A stretch of 64,000 nt of DNA, taken from positions 1 to 64,000 of the forward strand of contig JAHBMJ010000488.1 in NCBI GenBank assembly GCA_018398765.1. Reading direction: 5' to 3'. This DNA is from Chromera velia. Taxonomy: Eukaryota. The position numbers and the translations under genes were made by a program. This document shows, one piece after another, positions 25,977-39,055 of the stretch (the stretch's first letter is position 1; each line of letters opens with the position of its first letter). Under the pieces are notes generated by a model. That model made no database searches and was not told the DNA's origin. It saw only the letters and a list, made by a program, of their open reading frames with translations.

Positions 25977-27955
25977 GCAGACAGACAAGAGTGGTACGTG
26001 TGCTCAGATGTGTTCGCGTACAGGAAGATACAGCATGGAATGTAGAGTGCACTCGGAGGTGGAAGGAGACACAGGTTGCTGGATGGATCCGAAGATTAGT
26101 GCTGAGACAGAGAGAGATAGACGGACAAAGTTTCTCTGGGCAATTCAGCACAAATCATCTGAATGGAATATGATCTTGCAAGAAGGTGTCTTCCCCCTGC
26201 CCACCTTGATGGGCCACGAAAGATTGAGGCAGCCAGGCAGAGGGACCCCCCTAAACCGTTTGCGGAAATTTCCCCACAGCTCGGCGTACGTCAGCACACC
26301 CGCCCCCCTCCCTTTCCCAGTATCAAGCTCGTCGAAGAGCTTGTCCTGGGCCTTTCGGACGTCTTTGCCTTTGCCTGAACAAAAAGAGGAGGGCGGTGGG
26401 TCCATAGTGAACAATAGAACAGAAAGAGGAGCGGACCGCAGAAACTGTATCTGCGTAAAGAGATAACAAAGCAGCTGGCTCTGAGCATCTTTCAACATTG
26501 TGTGTTGTTCTCGTGTCTGCGTTTTTCTTCTCCTCTCGATTTTCTGTCTTTGTCAGGCCCGGACCACGGGATCCTCTCTCTCTGTCGCAATGAGCTAGTA
26601 GTACTAGCACGATGAACAAGGAAACACACAAAAAGAATTGACAGAGGGAGAGACAAAAAGACAGACAGACAGACTATATGTTTCTTCTTTTTCTTCTCCC
26701 TCCTTTTCTTCATGAACACAACAGACAAAAAGAAAGAGAGAACAAAGACAAAAGCCAGACAGACAGACAGACAAACGGACAGACAGACAGACAAACAGAC
26801 AAACAGACAGACACACAAACAGACAAACGAACACACCTGCGGGAATGGAGTCCAGAAGTTTCTGCCACTTTTCGCTTGGTGTGAGGTCATCGAGGACGTT
26901 CCTCTTCTTCTTTTTCTTCTTCTCCCCCCCATCCCCGTCCTTGTCGTCGTCGTCTTCCAGGGGAGGGTCCAAACTGAACACAATACAGAAAGAAGAGGAA
27001 AATAAAAGAGGAGAGGAGAGAGTGTCAGCAGGGATGGGTATGAGATGTAGCTTTAGTAGACTTTTGATGAATCGCATCGGCACTTGTTGCGACACTCAAG
27101 GTCCCTTCTGTGCATGTGTCTGTGTAGCACTCTTAGCTGAAAGAGGAGGGACTAAGTGTTGCCTTATGGTCCCTGCATGTATGTACTGACGGTAGATCGA
27201 GGGCGTTGCCCCAGCAGAAGTCGCAGAACTCCAGGAGGTTGATGCGTCTGCTTCCATCTGCATCGATTGTGTCGAATTCCTTCTCCGCGTCGTCGATGAA
27301 GATCCCGATCTGCCAGACGGAGGGAGGGGGGGAGAGGGCACACAGAGAGAGAGGAAAGCCAAAGGAGTTAAAGAAAGAAACCTTGAGAGTGCACTGCCCG
27401 GAAGACTGCCAGATGGCCCAACACAGTTCAGAGACAGGATGACTCTTGCATGGAAAAAGACAGTTACAAGAAACAAAAAAAAAGGGGACGAACTCATTTG
27501 AGTTCACCACAGGAACACAAAGAGAGAAAGGGGGGGAGAATCTTTTTGTGTTTGTGCACTTTCAAGAAGGAGGGTATGCTGGATGGGAGACAAAGATCCC
27601 ACTGCCTGCTTTTGGAGTCCGTGTGGCTCGTTTATTTAGTTTCCCTAGAGCTCCAAAGACGGTGAAGCGACTGACCTCCTTCATCAATCCAGCAGCCCTG
27701 CACCCATCCGTGCAGACACACAGACAGACAAACAGAGAAAGAAAGAGTGCGTCAATACAGAGGAAAAGGGCCGAAGGACAGCGCACTATGAGTTTAACTT
27801 ATCTGACTTTGTGCCTGCCAAAAGAGAATGCCCGCCTGTTCAAATCCGTTTTTCCAAAGGCTCATTTGGGCCCTCCAGAGTTTCAAATGGCTCTCAAGTG
27901 ACCATTCAGTAGCGTGACACAACTTTGAAAAAAGGGACAATGTGAAATATGCACA

Positions 27956-27994
<39 letters not shown>

Positions 27995-29829
27995 AGAGAG
28001 AGGGAGAGGAGAGAGACGTGAGAGAACAGGGACAGAGATAGCAAAAGACAAGCGGGAAGGAAACCAACCCTGCGAATTCCTTTTTGTCCAGTTTCATGGT
28101 GCCATCGGCGTCCATTTGCCTGCATGCGTAGTCAGTATTGGCATTTATGAACTCTTTTCGCCAGTCTCTGGTGGCATCTGCAGACCTACTGACGTAAATA
28201 CTGCAGCAAATGCATCGTTTGCAAGCTGGTTGTATCGCTAGATGGCAACATAGGGAGCCAGAGTACTGGAGTGCCAGCATGCCCAGGCGAATGGATTCGT
28301 TCATACTGCTGTTCCTGTAGAGTCTGGAGGTGAACAGAAAAACGAAATGCCCTCGGACAAAAAAGGAGACAAAGACAAGGTGCATAAGCAGGCGGTATGG
28401 TACACAGAATTTCAACGCTCATAGAAAAACGAAAACGTACAGGCGAGAAGAGCGTGGAGGGAGTGACCTTTCTCCCCTTTCAGATAATGTACATGGTTGG
28501 ACTGATAACCTTTATGGCTGTAATGAAAAGCGACACAGTATGAGTGTAAACAAAGTAGTGGCCAACGCAACGGACTCGGACATCCATACGTCTGTATGGA
28601 TGAATACCCATGCGTGTACTCCCTCCCTGCACGACTGACTTGAACAGTTCGTAAAAGATGAAGTAGAGGCTCATGAGGTAAAGGAATCTTCGGAAGTGAG
28701 GGAACTCAATGAACCTGATCACCTTCTGTGAGCCCGACTTCTTCTTCTTGGACTTTTTCTTTTTCTTCTTCTTCCCCCCGCCCAAGCTGCCACTCGAATT
28801 TGACCCTTTCGACCCTCTTCTAGAGCCGCCACCCTCTTCCTGAAGTGACTCCCTGCTCGATTGACGCGACCCTGAGGGGGAGGTGCCCCCGCTCTTCTGG
28901 GAAGACGTTTCGGATTTGCCATCTGAGCCAGTGGAGCCTTCTGCAGGCGTCGTGCGGCCCTCCGCGTCCTCGTCCTCGCCCCCCTCTCCACTCTTCTCGC
29001 TTCCCTTCTGGCTCCCTTCGTCGTCTCCGTCTCCTTCGTCGTCCTCGTTGTCGCTGTCGCCTCCATCCTGTAGACAAACAGGGGGCTAGTGAATCAGCGA
29101 GAATATTTTTCTTCACACACAAGTCACACACACACACACACACACACGCAACGCATGCATGCATGCATGCATGCATGCATGCAAAAAAACACAAATCAGC
29201 AGACATAAAGATACGCATAGATAGACACAAAGATCGACACAGGTACAACAAAAGAAGATGCACGTGAGTACGGAGGCACAGAACAAAACGTTTTCTTCTC
29301 CAGTCCTTCTTACCGTCGCATTCGTCCCCGTACTGCATCTTTTCTTCTTTTTTTTCACTCACGGAATCTTCGGAGAAACTACTTGAGCATGCACTGATTC
29401 TTACGGGGCACACAATCGAATTTTTCTGCTCTCCTGACTGGTGCTGCATACAGCCTAAGTGTCTGTCTGGCTGACTGACTGAGTGACTGACCACTGCGTG
29501 TTTGTAGGCGCATTTGATGATGTTCCTGTCGAGCTTGTGGCCCTTGCTGTCGAGATCCAGCTTCTTCCTCAGACCGTCGATGGCCTCGCTGACCTGCAGA
29601 CAGACATGCAGCAAGATAGACAGACGGACAGACAGACACAAAGACAGACAGACAGACAGACAGAGAGACAGAGAGACAGACAGACAGAGAGACAGAGAGA
29701 CAGAGAGACAGAGAGACAGACAGACAGAGAGACAGAGAGACAGAGAGACAGACAGACAGACAGGCAGACACAAAGACAGACAGACAGACAGACAGACAGA
29801 GAGACAGACAGACAGACAGACAGACACAA

Positions 29830-29860
<31 letters not shown>

Positions 29861-29889
29861 GAGACAGAGAGACAGACAGACAGAGAGAC

Positions 29890-29926
<37 letters not shown>

Positions 29927-29957
29927 CAAAGACAGACAGACAGACATACAGACACAA

Positions 29958-29988
<31 letters not shown>

Positions 29989-30857
29989 TAGACAGACAGA
30001 CAGACAGACAGATAGACAGACAGACAGACAGAGAGACAGAGAGACAGACAGATAGACAGAGAGACAGACAGGCAGACACGCAGACAGACAGACAGACAGA
30101 CAGACCGACAGACAGACCGACAGACAGACCGATAGACAGACGTTCATGGCGTGGGTAAAGTCAAAGTGCGACCACTGGCAGAAGAGTGTGACTGAGCGAG
30201 AACCCTTCTTCATTCCAATCTAGCTGGAGACGTTCGACGGAAAGATTGTACAGAAGAACAGACAGATGGACAGCCCCACAAACTTGTACATATGTGTACA
30301 GAGAGGTGGAGATATATACATGCGTGTACACACTGTAGAGAACAAAGAGACCCGCCTTTCTCTGAAAAACGTCTGACCGACCGATAGTTTTTTGTCTTTG
30401 TTGACGTCCCACTTGTCCCACAATTTCTTTCTCTTCTTCAAATCGTCGTCGTTGTTTCCGTACGGGAGACGTTTCTTCAGTTGTTTCATCAGCTGCTTCC
30501 TCCTCTTTTCCTGCTAAAACAAACAGAATAGATAACATACACGCACGCAGAGAAATCGACTGAATCAAACAAATAGTCGTCAGAAAAATAAGCAAGGACA
30601 ACCGCACAGACGACTCGAGGGAGACCCACAAAACAAAACAACACGATCAAGGAGACCAAGCGGGAGGCCCTGAATTCCACCGACCGCATCATTGTCATCG
30701 TCGTCGTCATCATCGTCTGAGGAATCGTCGCTCTCCCCAGCAGCTAGACGCCTCTGCTTCTCGCGCCATCTGCATCCGGTCATTCATTCACCAATGCGTT
30801 TTCTTTCCCTTCCCCCTTTCCCCGTCTCTACCCCCTTCCCCCCCCCCCCNNNNNNNN

Positions 30858-30894
<37 letters not shown>

Positions 30895-31057
30895 GCGTCC
30901 GTAGAAAGAGAGTTCAATGTTCCAATCCCTGTTTATTAGAATGGGGACACAAAAGCGGGTAACAGTTTAAGACAGAGAACTACATGAGTTCCTGGGAAGA
31001 CACAACAGAACACAGAAGACGGGTACATAAACAGGACAGGTTGAGCATACCCCTCAA

Positions 31058-31132
<75 letters not shown>

Positions 31133-32244
31133 GCACTCTCAAGCCCCACACGTCCACTCACGTACCTTGCCTCTTTGGCAGCCCTCTCCTTCTCCTTCCT
31201 CCGCTTCTCGAACCACTCTTTCCTCGACTCCATGCCCTTCCTCCGGTCGTGGAGAGAATACCTTCACAGATACATACATTTACTTTCATACAGAATGAAA
31301 TACATATAGAGAGAATACCTGCAGCCAGGCCGGCATGTGAGGACAGGAGGACAGAGGAGTCATGCAGATTTAAAGATAATTCATAAATGATAAAACGTTC
31401 AAAGAAGAGAGAGAAAAGATCAGAAGAGAAGAGAGAGGCAAAAGGAGAGGAAGCGTACACCTACAAGACTACATGGAGTCCGGATATGTACTGCTTCTGA
31501 CACATGCACGCTCAGGGAACACAAAAGGGCTCGCATTGCCCTCATTCCTCCTGCACTCATGCCATCATCCTCCACACAGACAGACAGACAGACAGGCAGG
31601 CAGAGACACATACAGGAAAGAGCCACAGACAGGCGGAGACACATACAGGCAGGGAGACAGCCCATCAGAAACGGACCTGTTGTGCCAGGCTCCGGAGAAG
31701 AAGAGAAAGTGCTCGAGAGGAGGCTTCCCACCGAACGCAGCGAAGTGCGCACACGTCAGCTCAGTAATCTCATCCTGAAAGAGGAGGAACGGAGAGGAGG
31801 ATGCGGTGTCAGGGGGGAGGGAGGTCTGTGCGTTTATTCTCTGACCACTTTTTCATTCGAGCGGAGGATTTAATTTCAATCAAGAAGTTAGCAGGCAGTC
31901 AGTCAGTCAGTCGGTCAGTCAGTCAGTGAGTGAGTGAGTGAGTCAGTCAGTCAGTCAGGAAGTGAGTCAGTCAGACCGGCATTCGGTCAGACCGGCAGAC
32001 AGGAAGACAGGAAGACTGCTCAAAAGGTCTGTCACCCAGGGAGGGCCAGTGGCAGTATCTCACTCTTGCAGTGAGGCCGTCTGGACACTTGGTCATGCTC
32101 TCTCTCAGTCACTGACCGACTGACCGGATCTTGGCAAACGAAGTTCATTTCGCATCCCCTTGCCATGAGGAAGTTCACCATCTGCACAGACACACACAGA
32201 GAAGCAAACACAGAGACAGAGAGAGACACGCAGACAAACACACA

Positions 32245-32298
<54 letters not shown>

Positions 32299-33438
32299 TG
32301 AAAATGACCATTTGAAAACAAAGAGAATAGAACAGGGGAACAGGGGGAAGGCGTGGAACGTGAAACTCTTCTTTTGCCTTCCCTGATTGTCTCATTTCTT
32401 TGCTGAATGCTTTTAGTAGAGCTCCCCTGCGTGCATCAAGTGGTGCAGGTCTGCTTCCGTCCATCCTGATGAGCAAAGATGTCATTCCGAAACCCCCCCC
32501 CCCACCCATGCAGACTCACTAACTGACTGACTGACATCGTCCCTCTTCCCCTCCACAGCCCTGAAGATGGGGGTGCGTCCCTTCTGCAATCAAGCAGCAT
32601 TCAATCACGGAGGCGCACCCACCATCATCAAGTGAACGGAGAGAAAGGGAAGGCAAAGGAGAAAAGGAGAAAATTACATACTGAGAGCTAGACTGGGATA
32701 AAGAGACGGGCAGAAACAAGTTTGCACAGTCAGTCGAACACCTCCATGCACCCATCCATGCACAACCCACCCAACGCAGCACACCCATCGACACTAGAAG
32801 AAAGAAGCAAATGAACAGACACAAGAATCAACAGGGGACGAGGCAGAGAGGGAGAAAACCTGACACACGCCCAGGCCTCCCCCCCTCACTGACTCACTGA
32901 CGTACTTTGTCCTTGATGTTGATGTCTGCGCCCCTGTCCAGCAACAGAGTGGCGATGTTGATGCGGCCGTAGAAGGCAGCCTCATGCAAGGCCGTTCTTC
33001 CTTCTCGGTCTTTGTGGTTCACCTGCAAGTGATTGATTGCGTCGTTGTATGCGTGTGCATGTCGTTTTCTTTTGTGTGCGCGTTTTCTTCTTTGTGTTTT
33101 GCTCCTGCTGTCTCTTCATCGCAGTTTTTTGTGGATCAAATTGGCTTTGATGCAGTAGGTGCCGGAATTAATTCAGGGAGAGCAAGCGCGCATTCGCACA
33201 CATGATCGATTCATTCCACTTCTGGTACAATTCAATCGACATGCAGAAAGCAAGCCGTCACGGAAGGAGGGAAGGAGAGAACAGGGGACCAAAGAAAGTC
33301 TAGAGACAGCGCTTTCGTCAACCAACCCCCCCAGATACAGAATCACGTCCATGTATGCATGTATCCCTGTCAATTTTCAGAAAGAGCTCGGGAGTATTCC
33401 CTCTCTCTTGTCGGACGTGCCGCCTTCTTCACCCTGCG

Positions 33439-33469
<31 letters not shown>

Positions 33470-34344
33470 ACCGGATCGATCGAAGACCTCCACAGCCAAC
33501 CTCCTAGGCAGACAGATACCCGCTGCCCGCCCACCCATCCAACCAACAAGACACCGACCTTCTTCTACTCACACATACGCACATGCACACACACACACAC
33601 ACACAGACACACACACAGACACACACACACACACACAGCGCGCGTGCGAGCGCAACCTTCTGACTGACGTTTGACCCCTTGTCGATCAGCAGCCGACAAA
33701 TGCTCTCGAAGCCCTTCCACGCAGCGTGCCAGAGAGCTGTCCGGTCATACTGCAGTGATTCAGTCATTCGTGTCTTGATTCAAAGGAGAAACAGTGACCC
33801 GCGTTCCTCCAAATGAAGTACTTCGAATGCTCGCATGTCCATTCTCTCATGGCACAAAACCCACTCAAGATTGGCAGGCTGGGTCGGACACCATCGGCTT
33901 GCAACCCGATGAAGGTCAGTCATACTAGACGGATTCATTGTGACAATGCGCGAGAAAAAGAAGGGCCCATCGAGCTGCGTGCAGTTTTGGCCCCACTTAT
34001 CTAGTGCTTAGTGCAGAAAATGGAACACTAAGTATTGTACATGGACGTGCGGACGGATACACCTCGTGCAAAAAAAACATGCAGGTCAGTCACTCAGGTT
34101 CGGCGTGTTGTTGTTGTCTTGAAATGAAATGAGGGGCGGACCGACCGGCGGTTCACAGAAATTTACATCCGCCTGCTGCTTAATCATGTCCTCACATTCC
34201 TTCTGCTTCCCTGTCCTCGCCTTCTCGACGAGCTTCTGCGCTATGTCCTGCATGGAAAGATTCGTGGAGGGACATGATACACACATGTGAATCACAGAGT
34301 TGGCCGAAGTTCTGGAGAAAAGATCCAACACAACTGACTGTCAT
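24770..34344 (-). CDS. Ankyrin-repeat plus double calflagin-like EF-hand protein; paralog A', inverted relative to A
   Basis: First exon ATGACA|GTCAGT at 34344. Exons are homologous to A (DIAQKLVEKARTGKQKEC, TALWHAAWKG, WDVNKDKKLS, DADGSRRINLLE, CLNLSWPIK, ALEFFNWA). TGA at 24770-24772. A small N gap at 30850-30857 lies in an intron. Confidence 0.85.
29616..30140. repeat. ~525 bp (GACA/GAGA)n intronic microsatellite
   Basis: Directly visible, inside intron 29594-30381 of paralog A'. Confidence 0.95.
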
Positions 34345-34679
34345 CTTGCGTCAGAAGACTTTGAGGCTGCTTGCAGCGTGCTTGTCTTGCTCCCTGCCCC
34401 CCCTTTGCTCTTGGTTTCCCGCCCACTTCCGCTCAAAAGCCGCCACCCCCCAGCTTTCTTTCACTTTTTGAAGGCACAGGAGGGTTATTGCAAATCGGAA
34501 AATGTCGGAGACCCTCCACTTTCTGCCGTGCTTGCTGTTTCACTCACAAAGACACTGCCGCATGTACAGAAGGGCATCCCCGTTTGCTGGTAGGCTCCAC
34601 ACAGAAGAGCTAGATTCCCAGACGTACCTTGTTGTCGCGGACTCGAGCAGTGCTGCAGGTCCTGACTAAACTTAAATTG

Positions 34680-34810
34680 TGCATGCGCCATGCGCGCGGG
34701 CCCACGCGTGCATGCGGGCCCAGGCAAGGAAAGATGCACACAAGCGCGCGAGCTAGGGCCCATGCATGCATGCATGCAGTTGAGTGCTTGCCGGGGCCGG
34801 GCCCATGCAT
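34680..34810. promoter_or_regulatory. Cluster of GGGCCC and (TGCA)n/GCATGC motifs in a divergent promoter
   Basis: Four GGGCCC and several GCATGC/TGCATGCA motifs within 130 bp, between the start codons at 34344(-) and 35295(+). Confidence 0.5.
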
Positions 34811-35294
34811 GTCCTCCAAAAACGCCACTCAGAGACGTACTCCCAAAATCTCCCAAGTCAAATGAACATGGCGCCGTTGGGCAGTCTTTTCTGCTGTCAG
34901 ATAGATCTTTTAGGCCACTTCCTCTTCCTTTCATTTGGAGCCTGACCCCAATTTTGATGGAGATCGATTCTCCGATCGTGTGTCTTCTCTCCGTTCAGAT
35001 GCAAGGGAGCACAATAATTGCGACCTGCAGGTGCTTCGTCTTGACTTCTAAGCCGTCTACCTCAGATTTGTAGAACCAACCAAACCTGCATGCCCTCACG
35101 GCGCACAGATTTCGTCCATAGTTGACTGGACTGAAGCAGTGCGCACAATTTTGATCTTTGTTCTGCCGAGTCCGCACGTCGTGTCAATTCTTGCGTTTTC
35201 TGTGATTGCGGTCTGTATCGAGACGGCATTTGTTGGCCTCTTCTGACTTCATTCGACAAGAAAGAAGAAAAGAGTGAGACGTCCACTCCACGCG

Positions 35295-37887
35295 ATGCAG
35301 GTCCTTGTGCGTTCTCCCATGGGACCCACTCTTTGCATGAACTTGGAAGAGGAGGAGACTGCTGAGGGATTGATTGAGAAGGCAGAGCTGCGAATAGGAG
35401 TCCCCAGAGAGCTTTTGAGACTTGTGGTGGGAGGGAAGATTGTGCAGAGGGAGGAAGAGGGCCTGAGGCTGTCGGACTTGAAAGTGGAAACAGGGATGTC
35501 AGTCTCCCTGCTCCTGAAACCTCCCCCGCCTTCATCCCAATTGGTAAATGTTGAATTTCAAGTTGTCGAATTTCCCTCTGGAATGTGCGAGAGACTTGTC
35601 GAGCAACTCAGCGATCGTTTGTCAGTCACAGCAAAGAGGGAGGACACAGTCTTGCACCTCCATGCCCTCATGCGAATCCAATTTGCCAACACTTTCAGGG
35701 GACTGGGGGCACACTTAGTTGAACATTTTGCGTACTCTTCCCAGACCGACGGTGCTACACAAGCGCACTCCACCAGTGACGGAAGGAGAGCTACAGTGGG
35801 AGAGTGGTTTCAGCTGAACAGTGCAAATGAGAGGGGGGAAGACGGAGAGGGAGAGGGAGAAGAAGGGGGGAAAAAGAGGAAGCGGGATGATTCACAGGTT
35901 GGATGGAAATCGCTGAAAGAGAGCTGTCCAGCTAGGGTGAAAGTAAACGTTCGGATCAGCGCGGCAGGGACAAGACCGTCTGTCGAGATCGACCCCGAAC
36001 GTCAGACGTTCCGATGTGATTGTCGCATGTGCAATGCCCGTCGGAAGTGTGTTTCCTGGGAAGTGTGCACAGGACCCAGTCAGTGGACTCCGATGAGCAC
36101 CCAATTTTCCTCTTTTCTGGAAGTGCACCATGATGAGACCCTGGCTCCGCAGGGCTTTCAGAAAACGATTTTGACAATGAAGGGTCAAGGTCGCAGTCTG
36201 ATTGTCGATCTGCAGAGGATGAGACAGACGAATACAGAGACTGGGAGAGTCAGATGTATTCGGCGAATAGAGCCAAAACCCGAAGGGCTTTCACTTTTTC
36301 CCAATTTTGAGTCTCAATTCCCCCCCCTCGGTCTAGGTCTAGGTCAGCCCCGTCATTTGCCCATTGCCCCCCCCCCTTTTCGGCCTAAGCCCATTGCTGC
36401 CGTCCCGCCCTCCGGATCGTTACCCGTTCCCGCCCCCCCCCAATCGACTGAGCAGCCTGCCTCCGCTGCTGCCCCCTCCTCACGGGGGATGAGTGTGGAA
36501 GGGGTGGAAAGAGCAGACAGGCCTCCGCAGAGTTTTCATAGTGCAGTTTTGCCTCCTGAGGAAGCCTTTTATCTCCTTGAGCTCTCTCTGTGCTTAGGAG
36601 AGCTTCCTGAAGGCGTTCCCTTTCAGCCTTCTCTGCCGATTTCTGTCAGGCAGCAGGTCGAGCGCGCATTCCTCGAGTCCGCCACGGCACACAGGGCCCG
36701 ACTGGGAGATCGCAGATGGTGTCCGCCCCCTGTGTTTGAGGTTGAGGATATCCAACCACTGGGGGTGCGGACCGTCCGCCTGGGCCGCCGTGAGGCTCAG
36801 AGCGCAAACAAACAGTGCGAAGACCGTGCGACGTTGCGGGAAGAGTTCAAAAAGGAACTCATGAGGAAGATGGGGGTTGCAAGTGGAAGAGAAGGGGGGG
36901 ACGTGAGTGGTGAGGGGGNNGGGGGGGGGGGGGGGAGAGGGAGAGGGAGAGGGAGACAGACAGCGGGAGGACGAGGATTGGGAGCGGGGGGAAGAGGAGA
37001 AAGGGGAAGGGGAAGCAAATGGAGAGGAAGCTAGAGGTGATGGGAGAGGAAGAGGGAAGGGTAGAAGCAGAAAAGCACAGAGCTCCTCAGGGGCGGAATT
37101 GAAGTTCGAAAAATCATCTCCGTTCACGCTGGAAGAGATCAAAGAGTTCAAAAGGGAAGTGGCCTACGAGTCTTATCAGAAAGAGATTAATTCTCTGAAA
37201 GAAAGAAGTCCCAATCCCAATTTCAGAGCCACCCCTCGTACGGGTCTCTCCGTTCCTTTGACAGATGTGTGGATGGAGCCGAAAGCGGCTTCTGCTGCTG
37301 TAAAGAGGCTAGCCGAGATCAGAGAGAGGACAGCTAGGTGGTGGCATGAGGCGGGTCTGGAAGTGCCTCTGTTTGGGCATAGAGGGGCAGGGGACTTCCA
37401 TGAGAATTCGGAAGAGACGATGAAAGCGGTGGGCAAGCGGCAGGGCAGTGCGATTACAATGTGGGTATGGCATGGGACGTCGGATGATTCTTTGAAAGAG
37501 ATTGAGGGGGAGGGGTTTGATGTGTCAATGTCGCATGAACGTAATTTTTTCGGACAGGGAATCTACTTTGCAGTGAATTCTTCCAAGGCCGATTTGTATG
37601 CGGGGCCAGAGGAGAGACGTCATCGGAAGTGTTCGGCTAGAATGAGTCAGTTGTTGTGTTTGGTTTTTTTGGGTCAGAGGGAGAAGTGTGAGGAGCCGGA
37701 GAAAGGGAAGTCGGGGCCGGAGGAGGGGAATGACTCTGTCGAGGGTCTCACGCTTGTAGAGGGGGGGGTGTTGGACCATACGGAGTTTGTGCTTTACGAT
37801 CGTCGACTCGCGATCCCCGTTCTCAGAGTGTCATACAAACACGCGGACCGGTGCGTATGTGCAAGGTGCAGCTTCGATTCCAAGTGA
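35295..37887 (+). CDS. Ubiquitin-like domain + WWE domain + PARP/ART catalytic domain protein
   Basis: Ubl: MQVLVRSPMGPTL...RLVVGGK...LSDLKVETGMSVSLLL. WWE: WEV...WTPM...IVDLQRMRQTNTETGRVRCIRR. PARP: WHGT...FGQGIYFA...KADLY...CLVFLG...DSV...EFVLYD. The frame change at the NN/poly-G (36919-36920) is either an assembly artefact or an in-frame intron at 36903-37080. Confidence 0.88.
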
Positions 37888-39009
37888 TCAGACTTGAGCT
37901 AGGATTTGAGACAGAGTCTTTATGAAAAGAAACGACTCTCATCACGCTAGCAGTACGTAATGAGAAAAAACATTCAAGTTAGTAGGATTCAAATCACTCA
38001 TTAATACATATGTATGATCGATGTTTCCACATTAATTTTATTATTAGTTGAATCTAAGTTGATTAAGAGCCTGCGTCAAACTTTATAGTGTGGTGCATAT
38101 TATAACTTATTATTGTTGTAGACCTGAGTATGGATGTGACGTAAGTATAGATTGTGTATGAGACTGCGCGGTGTGAGCGTAAGCGAGCACCTTGCATGAT
38201 CCTTGCATGCTTTCTGGGACTGCGTTAGAAAAGAGTGCGCGTCTCAGCCAGAGCAACTGGAATTAGATGTCGCATCTGAATTGCAGCAAAGTCAGTCTGA
38301 CAGCGCAGGTACTAACTGATTGAACGATGGAACGATGACATATGTCTAGATTAACAGACCTTCCGTCCTGATGTTATGAATATGATGAGCCCTGTGTATA
38401 TGTTGCAATGGAGCCTGAGTGTTGTATATTTAAAAACTATCTAGAAAACTATCGACTAAGTTTATAGTGTTATACTTCTATTAGAGTAGTTAAAATTTTA
38501 AACAGATTATATAGTCAGTTATAGTCAGTTCACGTTACTGTCGATCAGTAGACTCTGAGACTGCAGGTCGAGCTAGAGTCGAGACTCAATCATTTATACC
38601 AATTTAGTAGTATAACGCTTTGTATATATAAGCTAGTACTACCCTAGCTAGCTAGTTAATAGCTAGGTGAATAGCTATATGGGACATATATTGTATAGCA
38701 TGATTCTTTTATTTTAAAACACTCTTATAACTGTTTGATAACTGCCTTAAATAACAGTGTTAAATTTACGAGGATTTCATTAGGATTTTCTAGAGGATTT
38801 TAGGGAAATTGAAGTTTACCAAGCAATCTGCTCATGACTTGTCCGAAAGTCTAAATTTCACCAAATTCAACCTCTTTTGAAAGCTTAGTTCTCGCGATTT
38901 AGAAAAAATCAGGAGCTTGAATTAGCCTAGAAGCCAGCTTAGAAGTTAGCTGTGCTTATGATACATCAATATCACTCACTCACTGACACGCGCACACACA
39001 CACACACAT

Positions 39010-39055
<46 letters not shown>

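Noticed and set aside
28089..28185. Possible degenerate exon-start copy in an intron of paralog A'
   Set aside because: The similarity (GCAGATGCCACCAGAGACTGG versus GCCGATGGCACCATGAAACTGG) is too weak and there is no clear hairpin.
28820..30213. 419-aa and 214-aa ORFs with SVCL/RQTD repeats
   Set aside because: They are read through an intronic (GACA)n tract.
36915..36935. Programmed frameshift or pseudogenisation of the PARP gene
   Set aside because: The break coincides with an NN gap in a poly-G run, and an in-frame GT-AG intron could also bridge it.
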